Assembly: GCA_040390065.1 (NCBI GenBank)
Contig: JAZJZE010000011.1
Coordinates: 96,001-160,000 of the forward strand
Reading direction: 5' to 3'
Length of the DNA stretch: 64,000 nt
DNA from: a bacterium
Lineage (GTDB): Archaea > Thermoplasmatota > E2 > JACPAO01 > JAHFTW01
In this document: in pieces, positions 35,052-44,658 of the stretch
Layout: every line of letters starts with the position of its first letter
How positions within the stretch are numbered: position 1 is the stretch's first letter
Translations under genes and position numbers: made by a program
The notes under the pieces: generated by a model
What the model was told of the DNA's origin: nothing
Seen by the model: only the letters and a program-made list of their open reading frames with translations
The model's database searches: none

Positions 35052-36443
35052 ATGCGCGTTGCAATCCTGTTCGCAGGCATTCTCGTCCTTGGGGTCCTCG
35101 CCGGGTGCTCGACGCCCGCACAGCCCCCGCCCCCGGCGCCGCCGGCCCCCGCACCCATCCTGATCGGCGAGGGCGACCTCCGGCTGCCCGTGTCCTTGGG
35201 CCCGCTACGCCAAGGCGACATCCCCTCTTTTCCCATTTTCGCCGACCGCCCGACGAACATGACCGGCCCCGGCTCGTCGCACCGCGAGACCAGCCTTGCC
35301 GTCTCCCCGGCTGACACGCGCGTCGTCCTCGCCTGCGACCCATCCGGCGTGCCGAACGTCTCGGGCGGCCAATCCTACTTCTATCTCTCGACCGACAACG
35401 GCACCAAGTGGACCGACCTCAAGGTGGAAGGCACGACAGATCCCCGGCGTGCGACCTTCGAGGGCGGCGACTGCGACGTCGCCATCGACGCCGCCGGCAC
35501 TCTCTACACGGCCGACACTTGGCTGGGCGACCTCTCCATCGGCTCGAGCAAGGACAACGGCAACACCTGGACCGTCGGCAACGCCGCCGCTGGCACGGCG
35601 CCAGTCATCGACCGGCCGTGGATCGTCGGCGGCCCGGCTGGAACGTTGTACCTCACGTACCAGGATGTCCAGTTCGGCATGCCGAGCCTCATCTGGTTCA
35701 CGAAGTCGACGGACTATGGGCTGACGTTCCTTCCCGCGGTCCCCGTCGCGACCGCCACGGCCGACGGCCCTTACACGTGGGAAGGCAACTTCGCGCCGTC
35801 CGCCGACGGCACGGACCTCTACTCCGTGTACACGCGGCGTGAGACTGGCGTCGTGGGCTCCCCCGTCGCGTCCGATGCGGAATCGGTCTTCGTCTCGGCC
35901 AGCCACGATGGCGGGCTGTCATGGACGAGCCACCTCGTGTCGAAGCGCACGGTCTCGGCGAGCTACCTGTACCCGTCCATCGGCCTCGATGCCGGCGGCC
36001 AACTGCACGTCGTCTTCTCGCAGGCCACGGAAAATGGCCAGCCCATCTGGTACAGCACGAGCAAGGACCAGGGGGTCGCGTGGAGCGAACCGATTCCCCT
36101 CGTGCCGGGCACTGTCGGCTTTTCGCCGTGGATTGCCGGAGGCCAGGCCGGCCAGGCGTTCGCGATCTGGGAGGCGTCCCCCGACGGCGGGGCGACCTTC
36201 GGCAATGACGCGGACTGGTACCTCTACTGGGCGCGCATCTCCAACGGCACCATCATCACCGGCACGACGACGGCCGCGCCTGTGTTCCACGGCAAGCAGT
36301 CGGTGGGCTTTGCGGAGTTTGATACGGTCCGCCTCGACAAGGACGGCTTTGCTCACATCGGCGCGTCCATGCCGCAGGGCAAGGCCAACAACGTGCACTG
36401 GCAGGCAATGTATCAGCGCCAAGCCCTTGGCCCGCCGACATAA
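35052..36443 (+). CDS. BNR/Asp-box (sialidase-like) beta-propeller lipoprotein
   Basis: Lipobox LAGC after a hydrophobic leader (start ATG 35052); repeated S.D.G.TW Asp boxes; DRPW. Confidence 0.85.
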   Translation: MRVAILFAGILVLGVLAGCSTPAQPPPPAPPAPAPILIGEGDLRLPVSLGPLRQGDIPSFPIFADRPTNMTGPGSSHRETSLAVSPADTRVVLACDPSGVPNVSGGQSYFYLSTDNGTKWTDLKVEGTTDPRRATFEGGDCDVAIDAAGTLYTADTWLGDLSIGSSKDNGNTWTVGNAAAGTAPVIDRPWIVGGPAGTLYLTYQDVQFGMPSLIWFTKSTDYGLTFLPAVPVATATADGPYTWEGNFAPSADGTDLYSVYTRRETGVVGSPVASDAESVFVSASHDGGLSWTSHLVSKRTVSASYLYPSIGLDAGGQLHVVFSQATENGQPIWYSTSKDQGVAWSEPIPLVPGTVGFSPWIAGGQAGQAFAIWEASPDGGATFGNDADWYLYWARISNGTIITGTTTAAPVFHGKQSVGFAEFDTVRLDKDGFAHIGASMPQGKANNVHWQAMYQRQALGPPT

Positions 36444-36485
36444 AGTGCCCGAAAGCATTAATGGGCGCGAAGTCCACGGCCGGAC

Positions 36486-37922
36486 GTGGTCGCCCGAGGC
36501 ATCGCCATCGCGCTCCTTGTCCTGCTAGCCGCCGGGTGCTCTGGCCCCGCCGCAAAACCATCCTCGGTCCTGCTTGACGAGTCATCCACGTCGACCACGG
36601 CGCCGCCGGACCCCCGCATCCCCACGCAGGAGCCGACGCAGCCGCAGCCCACGCCGACGACGAGCTCGTCGTCCTCGAACGAGCCCACATCCACCACGAC
36701 CACGTCGACGCAGCCGACCGGCTTGCCCCCGGCGCCGGTGTATCCGGGCTTCCCCGATGCCGTGACCCCGATCACGCAGTCCGGCAGCCTGCACGAGACG
36801 TCGCTTGCAATCGCGCCGGACGGCCAGACGCTCCTGAGTTGCGACGCCCAGGACCACGGCACGAATGGCGGTGTGCCCGCGGGATACCACGTCTCGAACG
36901 ACGCCGGCAAGACCTGGAAGAACGTGCTGGAACCCCCGGCCGCGGCCGACCCGCGCTCCCTCATGGCGTCGCGCGGCAACGACTGCGACGTGGCCGTCGA
37001 CGCGGCTGGTACGCTCTACGCCGCCGACGCATGGCAGGACGGAGTCGCCATCTCACGAAGCACCGACGGCGGCGCCACCTGGACCCTTGCGCAGTCGCTG
37101 GCCGGGGTCGATCCTGCTGCCGCCGCGGCGTCGGGCGGGACGACCGTGTATGAGAGGCCCTGGCTCGCGGCCGGGGCCACCGGCCACGTCGACCTCGTCG
37201 TGCGGACGTACGTTCCCTTCGTTCGGTCCGATGTGCTGTTCGCGAGGTCGACGGACAGTGGTTCCACGTTCACGACGCCAGTCATGGTGGCGACGGGGTC
37301 CGTCGTGGCGGGTGCGCCGGCCGTGTCGCCGGACGGTTCGCACATCTGGGTGCCGTACCATGAATTCTCGTCCGCTGCGTCCTTGATGCGCGTCGCGGCC
37401 AGCACCGATGGCGGCAAGACGTGGACCCCCAGCACGGCCACCAGCCCTGGCCAGGCCTCGAGCAAGTTCCCGTCCCTCGGCATCGATGCGGGCGGCGGCC
37501 TGCACCTCGTCGACGCGCAGATGGTCGGCGCGGTGTCCAAGGTGGTCTACTGGCATTCGACGGATGCTGGCACCTCGTGGACGGCGCCTGCCATCCTGTC
37601 CGGTCCCGTGGCCGCATTGTCCCCGTGGGTTGCCGGCGGCAAAGGCGGCCAGGCGGCCGTGGCATGGTTCGGCGCCTACGCCGGAGCAGCGCATCCAACC
37701 GACCGCTACCTGTTCTGGGCCCGCATCACGGCGGACGGCGTGCAGTCAGCGACGACGACCACGGCACCCGTCTATTCCGGCAGCCAACCTGCGCCGCCCG
37801 AGTTCGGAGTCATTCGCCTCGATGCGGCCGGCCACATGCGATTCGGCTACTCGGTGCCCGCCGGGACGACGACCGGCTGGCAGTCGGTGTACCAAGCCCA
37901 ATCGGCAGGGCCGGCAACGTAG
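36486..37922 (+). CDS. BNR/Asp-box (sialidase-like) beta-propeller lipoprotein, paralog
   Basis: Lipobox AAGC, Ser/Thr linker, HETSLAIAP, DCDVAVDAAGTLY, STDGG.TW repeats; colinear with the upstream gene. Confidence 0.85.
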   Translation: MVARGIAIALLVLLAAGCSGPAAKPSSVLLDESSTSTTAPPDPRIPTQEPTQPQPTPTTSSSSSNEPTSTTTTSTQPTGLPPAPVYPGFPDAVTPITQSGSLHETSLAIAPDGQTLLSCDAQDHGTNGGVPAGYHVSNDAGKTWKNVLEPPAAADPRSLMASRGNDCDVAVDAAGTLYAADAWQDGVAISRSTDGGATWTLAQSLAGVDPAAAAASGGTTVYERPWLAAGATGHVDLVVRTYVPFVRSDVLFARSTDSGSTFTTPVMVATGSVVAGAPAVSPDGSHIWVPYHEFSSAASLMRVAASTDGGKTWTPSTATSPGQASSKFPSLGIDAGGGLHLVDAQMVGAVSKVVYWHSTDAGTSWTAPAILSGPVAALSPWVAGGKGGQAAVAWFGAYAGAAHPTDRYLFWARITADGVQSATTTTAPVYSGSQPAPPEFGVIRLDAAGHMRFGYSVPAGTTTGWQSVYQAQSAGPAT

Positions 37923-37998
37923 GCCCTTCGGCCGCGGCAACCTTCGACAGACGGGAACCGGGGCCGACGCTTTTACGCGGGCACCCTCATGGCGCCGC

Positions 37999-38232
37999 AT
38001 GCGCCTGCTGCTTGTCGCCGCATTCGCCTTTGTCACCCTGACCGCCCTCGCCGCGACGTCGTCCGCCTCCGGGCCGGGGACGGGCGGATGCACGTACACC
38101 CACTACGTCGACCCCGACTCCGGGTACATCTACGTGCGCCAGGATTGCCAGAGCGGCATCACGGTGTGCCACACGGAAGTCTCGGGCGGCGGCGGCCAGC
38201 CCTTCAACGTCGACCGCCAGTGCTACTACTAG
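37999..38232 (+). CDS. Small secreted Cys-rich protein (4 Cys)
   Basis: 77 aa from ATG 37999; signal peptide MRLLLVAAFAFVTLTALAATSSA; host-like codon usage. Confidence 0.75.
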   Translation: MRLLLVAAFAFVTLTALAATSSASGPGTGGCTYTHYVDPDSGYIYVRQDCQSGITVCHTEVSGGGGQPFNVDRQCYY

Positions 38233-38240
38233 GTGACCTC

Positions 38241-38510
38241 ATGCGCTTGTTCCTTGCCGCCCTCCTCCTCGTCACCGTCATCGCCGCGTTGCCTCCGGCC
38301 CATGCCGCCAGCGGTCCCACGAACCCTTGCACGACGGGCATCGCAGGATCTTGGTGCACCGTCGGCGCGGCCGACTGCACCGCGACCGTCGGGTACCAGA
38401 CGGCGCCGCAGCAGTACGACTACGCCCGCGTCCACTGCGGTCCTGAACTCTGGGCGCCGTGCACGGTCTACGCCGACACCCGCGGCAACGTCGAGACGTG
38501 TCTCACCTAG
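38241..38510 (+). CDS. Small secreted Cys-rich protein (6 Cys)
   Basis: 89 aa from ATG 38241 with AGGTGA RBS; signal peptide ending PAHA. Confidence 0.78.
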   Translation: MRLFLAALLLVTVIAALPPAHAASGPTNPCTTGIAGSWCTVGAADCTATVGYQTAPQQYDYARVHCGPELWAPCTVYADTRGNVETCLT

Positions 38511-38556
38511 CGGTCCCTCGTGACGGGGCCGCAGGCCGGAACAACCCGGGCGAGCC

Positions 38557-39429
38557 TCACAACTTGAGGTCGGCCTTGACGAAGCCCGCGATGTCCGTCG
38601 GGAACGTTGCGACCTTGACGCCAGCCGCGGCGAAAGCCTTCAGCTTCGACTCGGCCGTGCCCTTGCCCTTCTCGACGAGGGCGCCCGCGTGCCCCATCTT
38701 CTTTCCTTCTGGCGCGGTGCGGCCGGCGACGTACGCGTAGCACGGCTTCTTGACGTGCTTGGCGATGTATTCGGCTGCCTCCTCCTCGTGGCCGCCGCCA
38801 ATCTCGCCGACGAGCACGATGGCCTTCGTCTCGGGGTCCGCATTGAACAGTTTGACCGCGTCGAGAAGGGTCGTGCCCGGAATCGGGTCGCCGCCGAGGC
38901 CGAGGCATGTGCTCTGGCCGATGCCGGCCTCGCTGAGGGCCGCCACGATCTCGTAGGTCAGCGTTCCCGACTTGGATGCGACGGCGACGGGGCCCTTCTT
39001 GAAGATGGAGCCGGGCAGGATGCCGACCTTGGCGGCTCCGGGCGTGCAGGCGCCGGGACAGTTGGGCCCAATGAGGATGACGCCTTTGGACTTCGCGTAG
39101 TTGACGAATTGGGCGGCGTCGTGGACGGGGATGTGTTCGGTGATGACGATGACGACCTTGCAGCCGGCGTCGACGGCTTCGATGACGGCGTCCTTGGCGT
39201 ACGCGGCTGGCACGAAGATGAGGCTGGTGTTGGCCTGCACCTTCTCGACGGCTTCGCGAACCGTGTCGAAGACTGGCACGTCATGCACCTTCTCGCCGCC
39301 CTTTCCGGGCGTGACGCCAGCCACGACGTTGGTGCCGAACTGCTTCATCTGGCCGATGTGGAACTGGCCCTGGTACCCCGTCGCGCCCTGGACGACGACG
39401 CGCGTGTTCTGGTCGAGGACGACTGCCAT
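38557..39429 (-). CDS. sucD: Succinyl-CoA synthetase alpha subunit
   Basis: VQGATG..G, GVTPGKGG, ITEHIPVHD, GPNCPG, SKSGTLTYE, GEIGG, MGHAGA. Confidence 0.97.
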   Translation of the reverse strand: MAVVLDQNTRVVVQGATGYQGQFHIGQMKQFGTNVVAGVTPGKGGEKVHDVPVFDTVREAVEKVQANTSLIFVPAAYAKDAVIEAVDAGCKVVIVITEHIPVHDAAQFVNYAKSKGVILIGPNCPGACTPGAAKVGILPGSIFKKGPVAVASKSGTLTYEIVAALSEAGIGQSTCLGLGGDPIPGTTLLDAVKLFNADPETKAIVLVGEIGGGHEEEAAEYIAKHVKKPCYAYVAGRTAPEGKKMGHAGALVEKGKGTAESKLKAFAAAGVKVATFPTDIAGFVKADLKL

Positions 39430-39486
39430 CGTGTCGGCGACAAAGGGCCGGGATAAGGGGTTTCCCCTCGTGTGGCGGGAACGCGA

Positions 39487-41670
39487 CTACCCGATGGACG
39501 TGATCGTGACCGTCCAGTCCAGCGTCTTGCCGGCAAGCACCGGGCCGCTGAAGCCATACGCAAAGGGCGGCGGGATCGTGATGGTCGCCGTTTCACCGAC
39601 GGCCAAGCCCCGCACCCCGCTGTCGTACCCCGCGACGGCCTGGCCCGACGCCACCGTCATGGGGAAGTCGCCTTCCTGGATCATCTCGCCGGAGAAATGG
39701 TCATGCAAGATGTAGTGGGTAGCCACCTTGTCGCCGGCCACGACCACCGCGCCGCGCTGGGCGTGGACGTGGAACGTGAAAGGGAGGGGCTCCAGCCCCG
39801 TGACCCGCAGCTCTGCTTGCACGGTGGCTTCCGGCTGCGAGGAGGGAATCGTCAACGTCACCATCGTGGAGATCCAGTCCGTGCGCGGCTGGCCGGCGTG
39901 CCCGCCTGTCGTCCCGTATGCCTCGAAGCGGCCACCTGGCGTCGCGAAGCTGACTTGCCATCCCGTCGGCAGGGCTGCGCCGTCGACGCCGGTGATGGTC
40001 CACTGGTAGGAGTAAGGCCGGTCCCCTGCGTTGCGCGCCCAAACGAACATCTGGTCCGTATTGGACCGCACGTCCCACTCCCCAGGTGTCGCCAGGCCAA
40101 CGACATTGGGTGTCCCGTAGATGCAACCCGACGGCGCCGGCGGGTCCGGCTGACACGGGCCGTACGGGTCGGTCTGACAGGCGTCGCCGACGCCGTCGGC
40201 ATCCGAGTCGAGCTGGTCCGGGTTGGGCAGCGTGGGGCAGTTGTCGAGGAACGTGGCGGATGAGCCGCTGTTGGGCACACCGTCGCCATCCGCATCGAGG
40301 TCGCAGAGGTCGCCTACCCCGTCGCCGTCGCCGTCGAACTGGTCGGAGTTGGCGATGCTGGGGCAGTTGTCCGCGGCGTCGGGGATGCCGTCGTGGTCCG
40401 CGTCGACGTCACGAAGCACCATGGTCGTCGCGCCGGGGGGGAGCAGGTTGCCGGCCGGTCGCCAGTCCACCCGGTTCAAGACGACGGTCTTCCCGGCGGC
40501 GTTGATTGCGTCCGCCACGTCGAAGCCCGCAACCAGGGCACCGAAGACGGCGTAACCGGTCTCGTCGACCCGCCGGTCCGGGCACGTGCTGATCGACGGG
40601 GCGTCGAGGAAGCAGTTGTCTGCCGCATTGATGTAGAACTCGGAGGTCCCGCTGTCCGGGTCCATCACGCGCGCAACGGCTAGCGTGTACTTCTTGTTGG
40701 CAAGGCCGGACGTGGCCGCCTCGTTGGCGACGGGTGCGTGGGTGCGCCCGGTCTTCGCCGCGCTGCCCGCGCCCTCGCCGCCGCACTGCGTGACGAAGTC
40801 CACGACGACGCGGTAGCACTGCTGGCCCGTGTAGTAGCCCTCGGTCGCGTACTGGATGAAGTTCGCCGTTGACGCGGGCGCCTTGTCGTCGAAGAGCTCG
40901 GCGACCATGCACCCGGCGGCGGTGTCGATGGCCACCAGACTGTGCTGCGGGTCCGACACTGGCAGGTCGGCGACGTCGATGCCGCACGGACCTGGGATGG
41001 CGATACAATGGTCCCTGCCGCCCATGGCCTGCAGGACGATGACGCATCCGGCCCCGTCGCCGGCGGTCACGTCCGGCGCGGTCGACGGCGCCGACGCCGC
41101 ACTGCTGTCCGAGGCGCCGCTCGTCTTGGCGGGCCCGGTGATAGCCACCACGCCGCCGCCGATTCCGGCCAGCAGGAGCATGGCGCATGCGGCGTAGCCG
41201 AGAGCCATTCCCGCCGTCGCCCGGCCGGTGCGGCGCGGTGCGCTGCCCGTGCGGCGAGCCTTGTGGCCGAAGAGGATGGCCAGCACGGCGAGGGCGAGGA
41301 CGGCCGCGCCCGCGAGGCCGCCGACGAGCCACGCCTGTGTCTGCCAGAGGAAGCCTGCCGTGGCGCCGGCGGCTGCCAGGACGACCGCGCAGAGACCGAG
41401 AAGGAGAGGTGCAAGCCCGGCCGGGCGGGTCGCTGCGCTTGCGCTCGCGCGCGTGGGGCGGGACGGAACTTCCTCGAAGGCCATCTCCATCGGGACCTCC
41501 TCGAAGGCGGCTGGCGCGGCGGGCGGCGGCGCAACTGGTGCGACGACGCGGGGCGCCGGAGTGGAGGCCATGGCTGGCCGCCCCGTGTTGCGGCAGCGCG
41601 GGCAGACGAGTTTCCCCGCGGCGTCGCGAGCGGGCGTGACCTGGGACCTGCAGAACGGGCAGACAACCAC
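39487..41670 (-). CDS. Membrane-anchored dual PPIase: Zn-ribbon + TM + cyclophilin + thrombospondin type-3 repeats + FKBP
   Basis: CPFC/CPRC; three TMs; APASTANF..Y...[38 protein letters not shown]; DNCP...N.DQ.D.D.DGVGD.C twice; GDKV..HY, G.D.GV.GL.VGE...ITIPP..AYG. Confidence 0.85.
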   Translation of the reverse strand: MVVCPFCRSQVTPARDAAGKLVCPRCRNTGRPAMASTPAPRVVAPVAPPPAAPAAFEEVPMEMAFEEVPSRPTRASASAATRPAGLAPLLLGLCAVVLAAAGATAGFLWQTQAWLVGGLAGAAVLALAVLAILFGHKARRTGSAPRRTGRATAGMALGYAACAMLLLAGIGGGVVAITGPAKTSGASDSSAASAPSTAPDVTAGDGAGCVIVLQAMGGRDHCIAIPGPCGIDVADLPVSDPQHSLVAIDTAAGCMVAELFDDKAPASTANFIQYATEGYYTGQQCYRVVVDFVTQCGGEGAGSAAKTGRTHAPVANEAATSGLANKKYTLAVARVMDPDSGTSEFYINAADNCFLDAPSISTCPDRRVDETGYAVFGALVAGFDVADAINAAGKTVVLNRVDWRPAGNLLPPGATTMVLRDVDADHDGIPDAADNCPSIANSDQFDGDGDGVGDLCDLDADGDGVPNSGSSATFLDNCPTLPNPDQLDSDADGVGDACQTDPYGPCQPDPPAPSGCIYGTPNVVGLATPGEWDVRSNTDQMFVWARNAGDRPYSYQWTITGVDGAALPTGWQVSFATPGGRFEAYGTTGGHAGQPRTDWISTMVTLTIPSSQPEATVQAELRVTGLEPLPFTFHVHAQRGAVVVAGDKVATHYILHDHFSGEMIQEGDFPMTVASGQAVAGYDSGVRGLAVGETATITIPPPFAYGFSGPVLAGKTLDWTVTITSIG

Positions 41671-41767
41671 AAACGACCAGTCGGAGGGGGGGACTTAGAG
41701 ATTGTCGCGGGGTTCGCTGGGTGCCGGCCTGCACCAGGGCCAGGTCCAACGAGGCAAGAACGCTCGC

Positions 41768-42916
41768 CTAGGCCGACGCCCGGATGACCTTGTACCCAGC
41801 CGGATTCTTGGCCATCTCGCTGGCCTTCTTCGCCGCTTCCTGCAGCGTATTGGCGGTCTCAAGGCCGAAGGAGTGCAGAATCTCGTTGGCTTCCTTGGCG
41901 TTCGTGCCCTGGATGCGCGTGATGATGGGGAACTCGAGGCCTTCCTTCTGCAGGACGGAGACGAGACCCTTTGCGACGGTGTCGCACTTCGTGATGCCGC
42001 CGAACAGGTTGAGGAACATGACCTTGGGCTTGGCGCGCTTCATGAGCCGCACGGCCTCGGCGACCTTCTCTGGGTTGTCCGTGCCGCTGAGGTCCAGGAA
42101 GATTCCGGCCTTGCCGCCGAATTGCGTGAGCGCGTCGAGAGTCGCCATCGTCAGCCCGGCGCCGTTGGCCATGACGCCGATGTCGCCGTCCAGTTGGACG
42201 AGGGCGACGCCTTTGTTCTTGGCGTCCTGCTCGAGTTCGGTCATGGACTCGTCGCGCTGCTGGAACTCCTTGTGGCGAGGTAGGGCGGAGTCGTTCAGGA
42301 CGACCTTGGCGTCGCCGGCGACGACGCGGCCATCGGCCAGACGGGCAAGCGGGTTCACTTCGACGAGTTCCGCGTCCATCTGCACGAAGATGGTGTACAG
42401 CTTCTCCAGGATTGCCGCAATCTGTTTCTGCGTGTCCGCGTCGAGGCCGGACTTCAGGAGGACGGCGCGGGCATGGAACGGCTGGAATCCGGACAACGGG
42501 TCGATGGTCGTCTTGAAGATGCGGTCTTCCGGGACGGACTCGATCTCGACGCCGCCGTCGGGGCTGAAGATGAGCATGAACTTGCGCGTCGCGCGGTCGA
42601 CGAGGAGGGAGGCGTAGAATTCCTTCTGGAAATCGAGTTTCTGGGCCACCATGACCTTCTTCGTGATGTGGCCCTTGATGTCGAGGCCGAGGATGCCCTT
42701 GGCGACGTCGCGAAGCTGCGCCGCGTTGTCGGCGAACTTGACGCCGCCCGCTTTGCCGCGCCCGCCGACCAGGACCTGCGCCTTGACGACGACGGGGTAG
42801 TGGGCCTGGCCGATCTTCTGGTCAAGTTCCGCAAGGGACTCGACGACGAAGCCCTTCGCACAGGGAACGCCGAAGCGCTCGTAGATGTCGCGGCCCTGGT
42901 ACTCGTAGAGGTTCAA
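41768..42916 (-). CDS. sucC: Succinyl-CoA synthetase beta subunit
   Basis: NLYEYQGR, VVKAQVLVGGRGKAGGVK, EVNPL, ANGAGLTMATLD, NLFGGITKCD. Confidence 0.97.
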   Translation of the reverse strand: MNLYEYQGRDIYERFGVPCAKGFVVESLAELDQKIGQAHYPVVVKAQVLVGGRGKAGGVKFADNAAQLRDVAKGILGLDIKGHITKKVMVAQKLDFQKEFYASLLVDRATRKFMLIFSPDGGVEIESVPEDRIFKTTIDPLSGFQPFHARAVLLKSGLDADTQKQIAAILEKLYTIFVQMDAELVEVNPLARLADGRVVAGDAKVVLNDSALPRHKEFQQRDESMTELEQDAKNKGVALVQLDGDIGVMANGAGLTMATLDALTQFGGKAGIFLDLSGTDNPEKVAEAVRLMKRAKPKVMFLNLFGGITKCDTVAKGLVSVLQKEGLEFPIITRIQGTNAKEANEILHSFGLETANTLQEAAKKASEMAKNPAGYKVIRASA

Positions 42917-43080
42917 CCCTGCACCCTCGGCGTCGCGACAGGGGCATGCGATAAGAGGATTTGGAGCGGGGGCGGCCGCGACGTGAACACGTTCGACGCA
43001 CGCTTCTTGAAGTGTGCGCCGCCGCTTTTGCAGCCACGCGGATTGTCCACTCTTGCCCGCACGGTCGGGCAGATGAAACC

Positions 43081-43644
43081 ATGACCTCCAACACCCAGAA
43101 GACCCTGAAGAACGTCGGCGTTGCCGCCCTCATGACCCTCGTTGGCTTTGCGGCCATCGTCACGTTTGCCCCCCAGGCCAACGCACACAACTGCAGCGGC
43201 ACGTGGGAGAGCGATTGCGGCGGCTGCTCCAGCGGCACGCACAGCCACAGCTGGACCCTCCTCGTGCCCGGCGGCTGCTCGTCCTGGTGCTCCGACCCGA
43301 GCGCCTGCGACCCCGGAACGGGCTCCGGCTTCGGTGTCACCATGAAGAAGCTCGGCTCGGTCACGCTCAACCAGCTGGCCGCCTGCAACGAGAACTCCAG
43401 CTTCAACTACTACGACGGTGGCTGGTTCGCGGTCAACAACCAGGCTGGCCGCAACTACAAGCTCAGCTCCACGCCGGCCCTGACGAGCTCCGTCTCGTTC
43501 TACCAGCTCGGCTCGACGGGCACCTGCACGAAGCTGCAGTCCGATGGCTTCCGCGTCCCCCAGGGCACGAACTACATCCTGCTCTCGGCCGACTCCGGCG
43601 AGGGCACCGCCCAGCTGCTGACGATGCCGTCCGGCACCCAGTAG
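43081..43644 (+). CDS. Secreted Cys-rich hypothetical protein (8 Cys)
   Basis: Start ATG 43081; signal peptide ending QANA; strongly biased codons. Confidence 0.8.
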   Translation: MTSNTQKTLKNVGVAALMTLVGFAAIVTFAPQANAHNCSGTWESDCGGCSSGTHSHSWTLLVPGGCSSWCSDPSACDPGTGSGFGVTMKKLGSVTLNQLAACNENSSFNYYDGGWFAVNNQAGRNYKLSSTPALTSSVSFYQLGSTGTCTKLQSDGFRVPQGTNYILLSADSGEGTAQLLTMPSGTQ

Positions 43645-43655
43645 AATCGACGTCG

Positions 43656-43686
43656 TTTTCTCTTCCCCTCTTTCCATCCTTTTCTT
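43656..43686 (+). terminator. Pyrimidine-rich archaeal-type terminator
   Basis: TTTTCTCTTCCCCTCTTTCCATCCTTTTCTT directly after the stop at 43644. Confidence 0.5.
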
Positions 43687-43702
43687 GGGACGTGGCGCCT
43701 GC

Positions 43703-44242
43703 CTAGCAGAGCAAGTGGCCGGCGGTCGCCGCCCGGATGCTCTCCGACATCGCCGCCAAGGCCGCATCGTCCACACCCGTGGCGCCGTCGGCCGGCGTCA
43801 CGAAGGAGAGGATGCGCCCCGAACGCACGGCGTGGCCAATCGTCACGGGGCACGCTCCCGATGACTCGATGCGCTCGGCGTCCGCGTCGGTGCCGAGCTT
43901 CACGGCCAGGCTGAGGACGATGGCGTGGTGGTCGGCTGCCTTCCACGCCATGCCCACATACAGAGTCTCGCTCCCGTAGCGCCGCGCCGCATCGGCGTCG
44001 CGTGCGTAGCCGGGGTTCGATGCCATCCCGAGGAAGGCCGTCAGGTTGCCGAGGGCCGGGTCGCCGAACGTGGCCGTCTCGTAGCCGGCTGGCATCGCGT
44101 AGGATGTGGCCACGAAGGCGTCCGGGTAGATCGTGTCGGCCGCCTTCTGCGAACACCCGGGGAGGTTTGCAAGCAGGGTCAGGGCGACGATGGCCTTCAG
44201 GGCGGCGTGAGGCACAAAACGCGCCAGCCCAAGCCGGCTCAT
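43703..44242 (-). CDS. Putative lipoprotein
   Basis: Hydrophobic leader ending LPGC; start uncertain (ATG 44242 or slightly downstream). Confidence 0.6.
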   Translation of the reverse strand: MSRLGLARFVPHAALKAIVALTLLANLPGCSQKAADTIYPDAFVATSYAMPAGYETATFGDPALGNLTAFLGMASNPGYARDADAARRYGSETLYVGMAWKAADHHAIVLSLAVKLGTDADAERIESSGACPVTIGHAVRSGRILSFVTPADGATGVDDAALAAMSESIRAATAGHLLC

Positions 44243-44336
44243 CACGTTTGCTCCTGGGCAGGGCGGAGCCGGGCCGGGGCAAAACCGCGCGCAAGCAGGC
44301 CGCCTAGGCTTTTGCCCGCGGCGCGTTGGGCGTCCC

Positions 44337-44636
44337 GTGCACCGCCTCCGCCTCATGGTCCGTGAGGGCTGGCGGCCGCTGTGGGTCGTGCTCAACGTGC
44401 TCCCCGTCCCCGGCGTCGGCGCCATGGTGGTCGGCCGGCGCAACGCGCACACGAAACTGCTGCGCAACGGCATCCTGCAATGCGTCCTCGTCGTGGGCGG
44501 CGCCTGGCCGCTTGTGGTCCCCGGCGCCGTCGGGCTGGCCTGGGCAATCGTGGATGCCGTGCGCATCGGGCAAGCGGACGTCGTGCAGTTGCCGCCGAAG
44601 CCCGGTTCGACTCCGCCGGAGCCGGCGAAGCCATAG
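44337..44636 (+). CDS. Small membrane protein
   Basis: LNVLPVPGVGAMVVG...GILQCVLVV...GLAWAIVDA; 2-3 TM segments. Confidence 0.65.
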   Translation: MHRLRLMVREGWRPLWVVLNVLPVPGVGAMVVGRRNAHTKLLRNGILQCVLVVGGAWPLVVPGAVGLAWAIVDAVRIGQADVVQLPPKPGSTPPEPAKP

Positions 44637-44658
44637 GGGCCGGGCCCTTCACGCCGCC

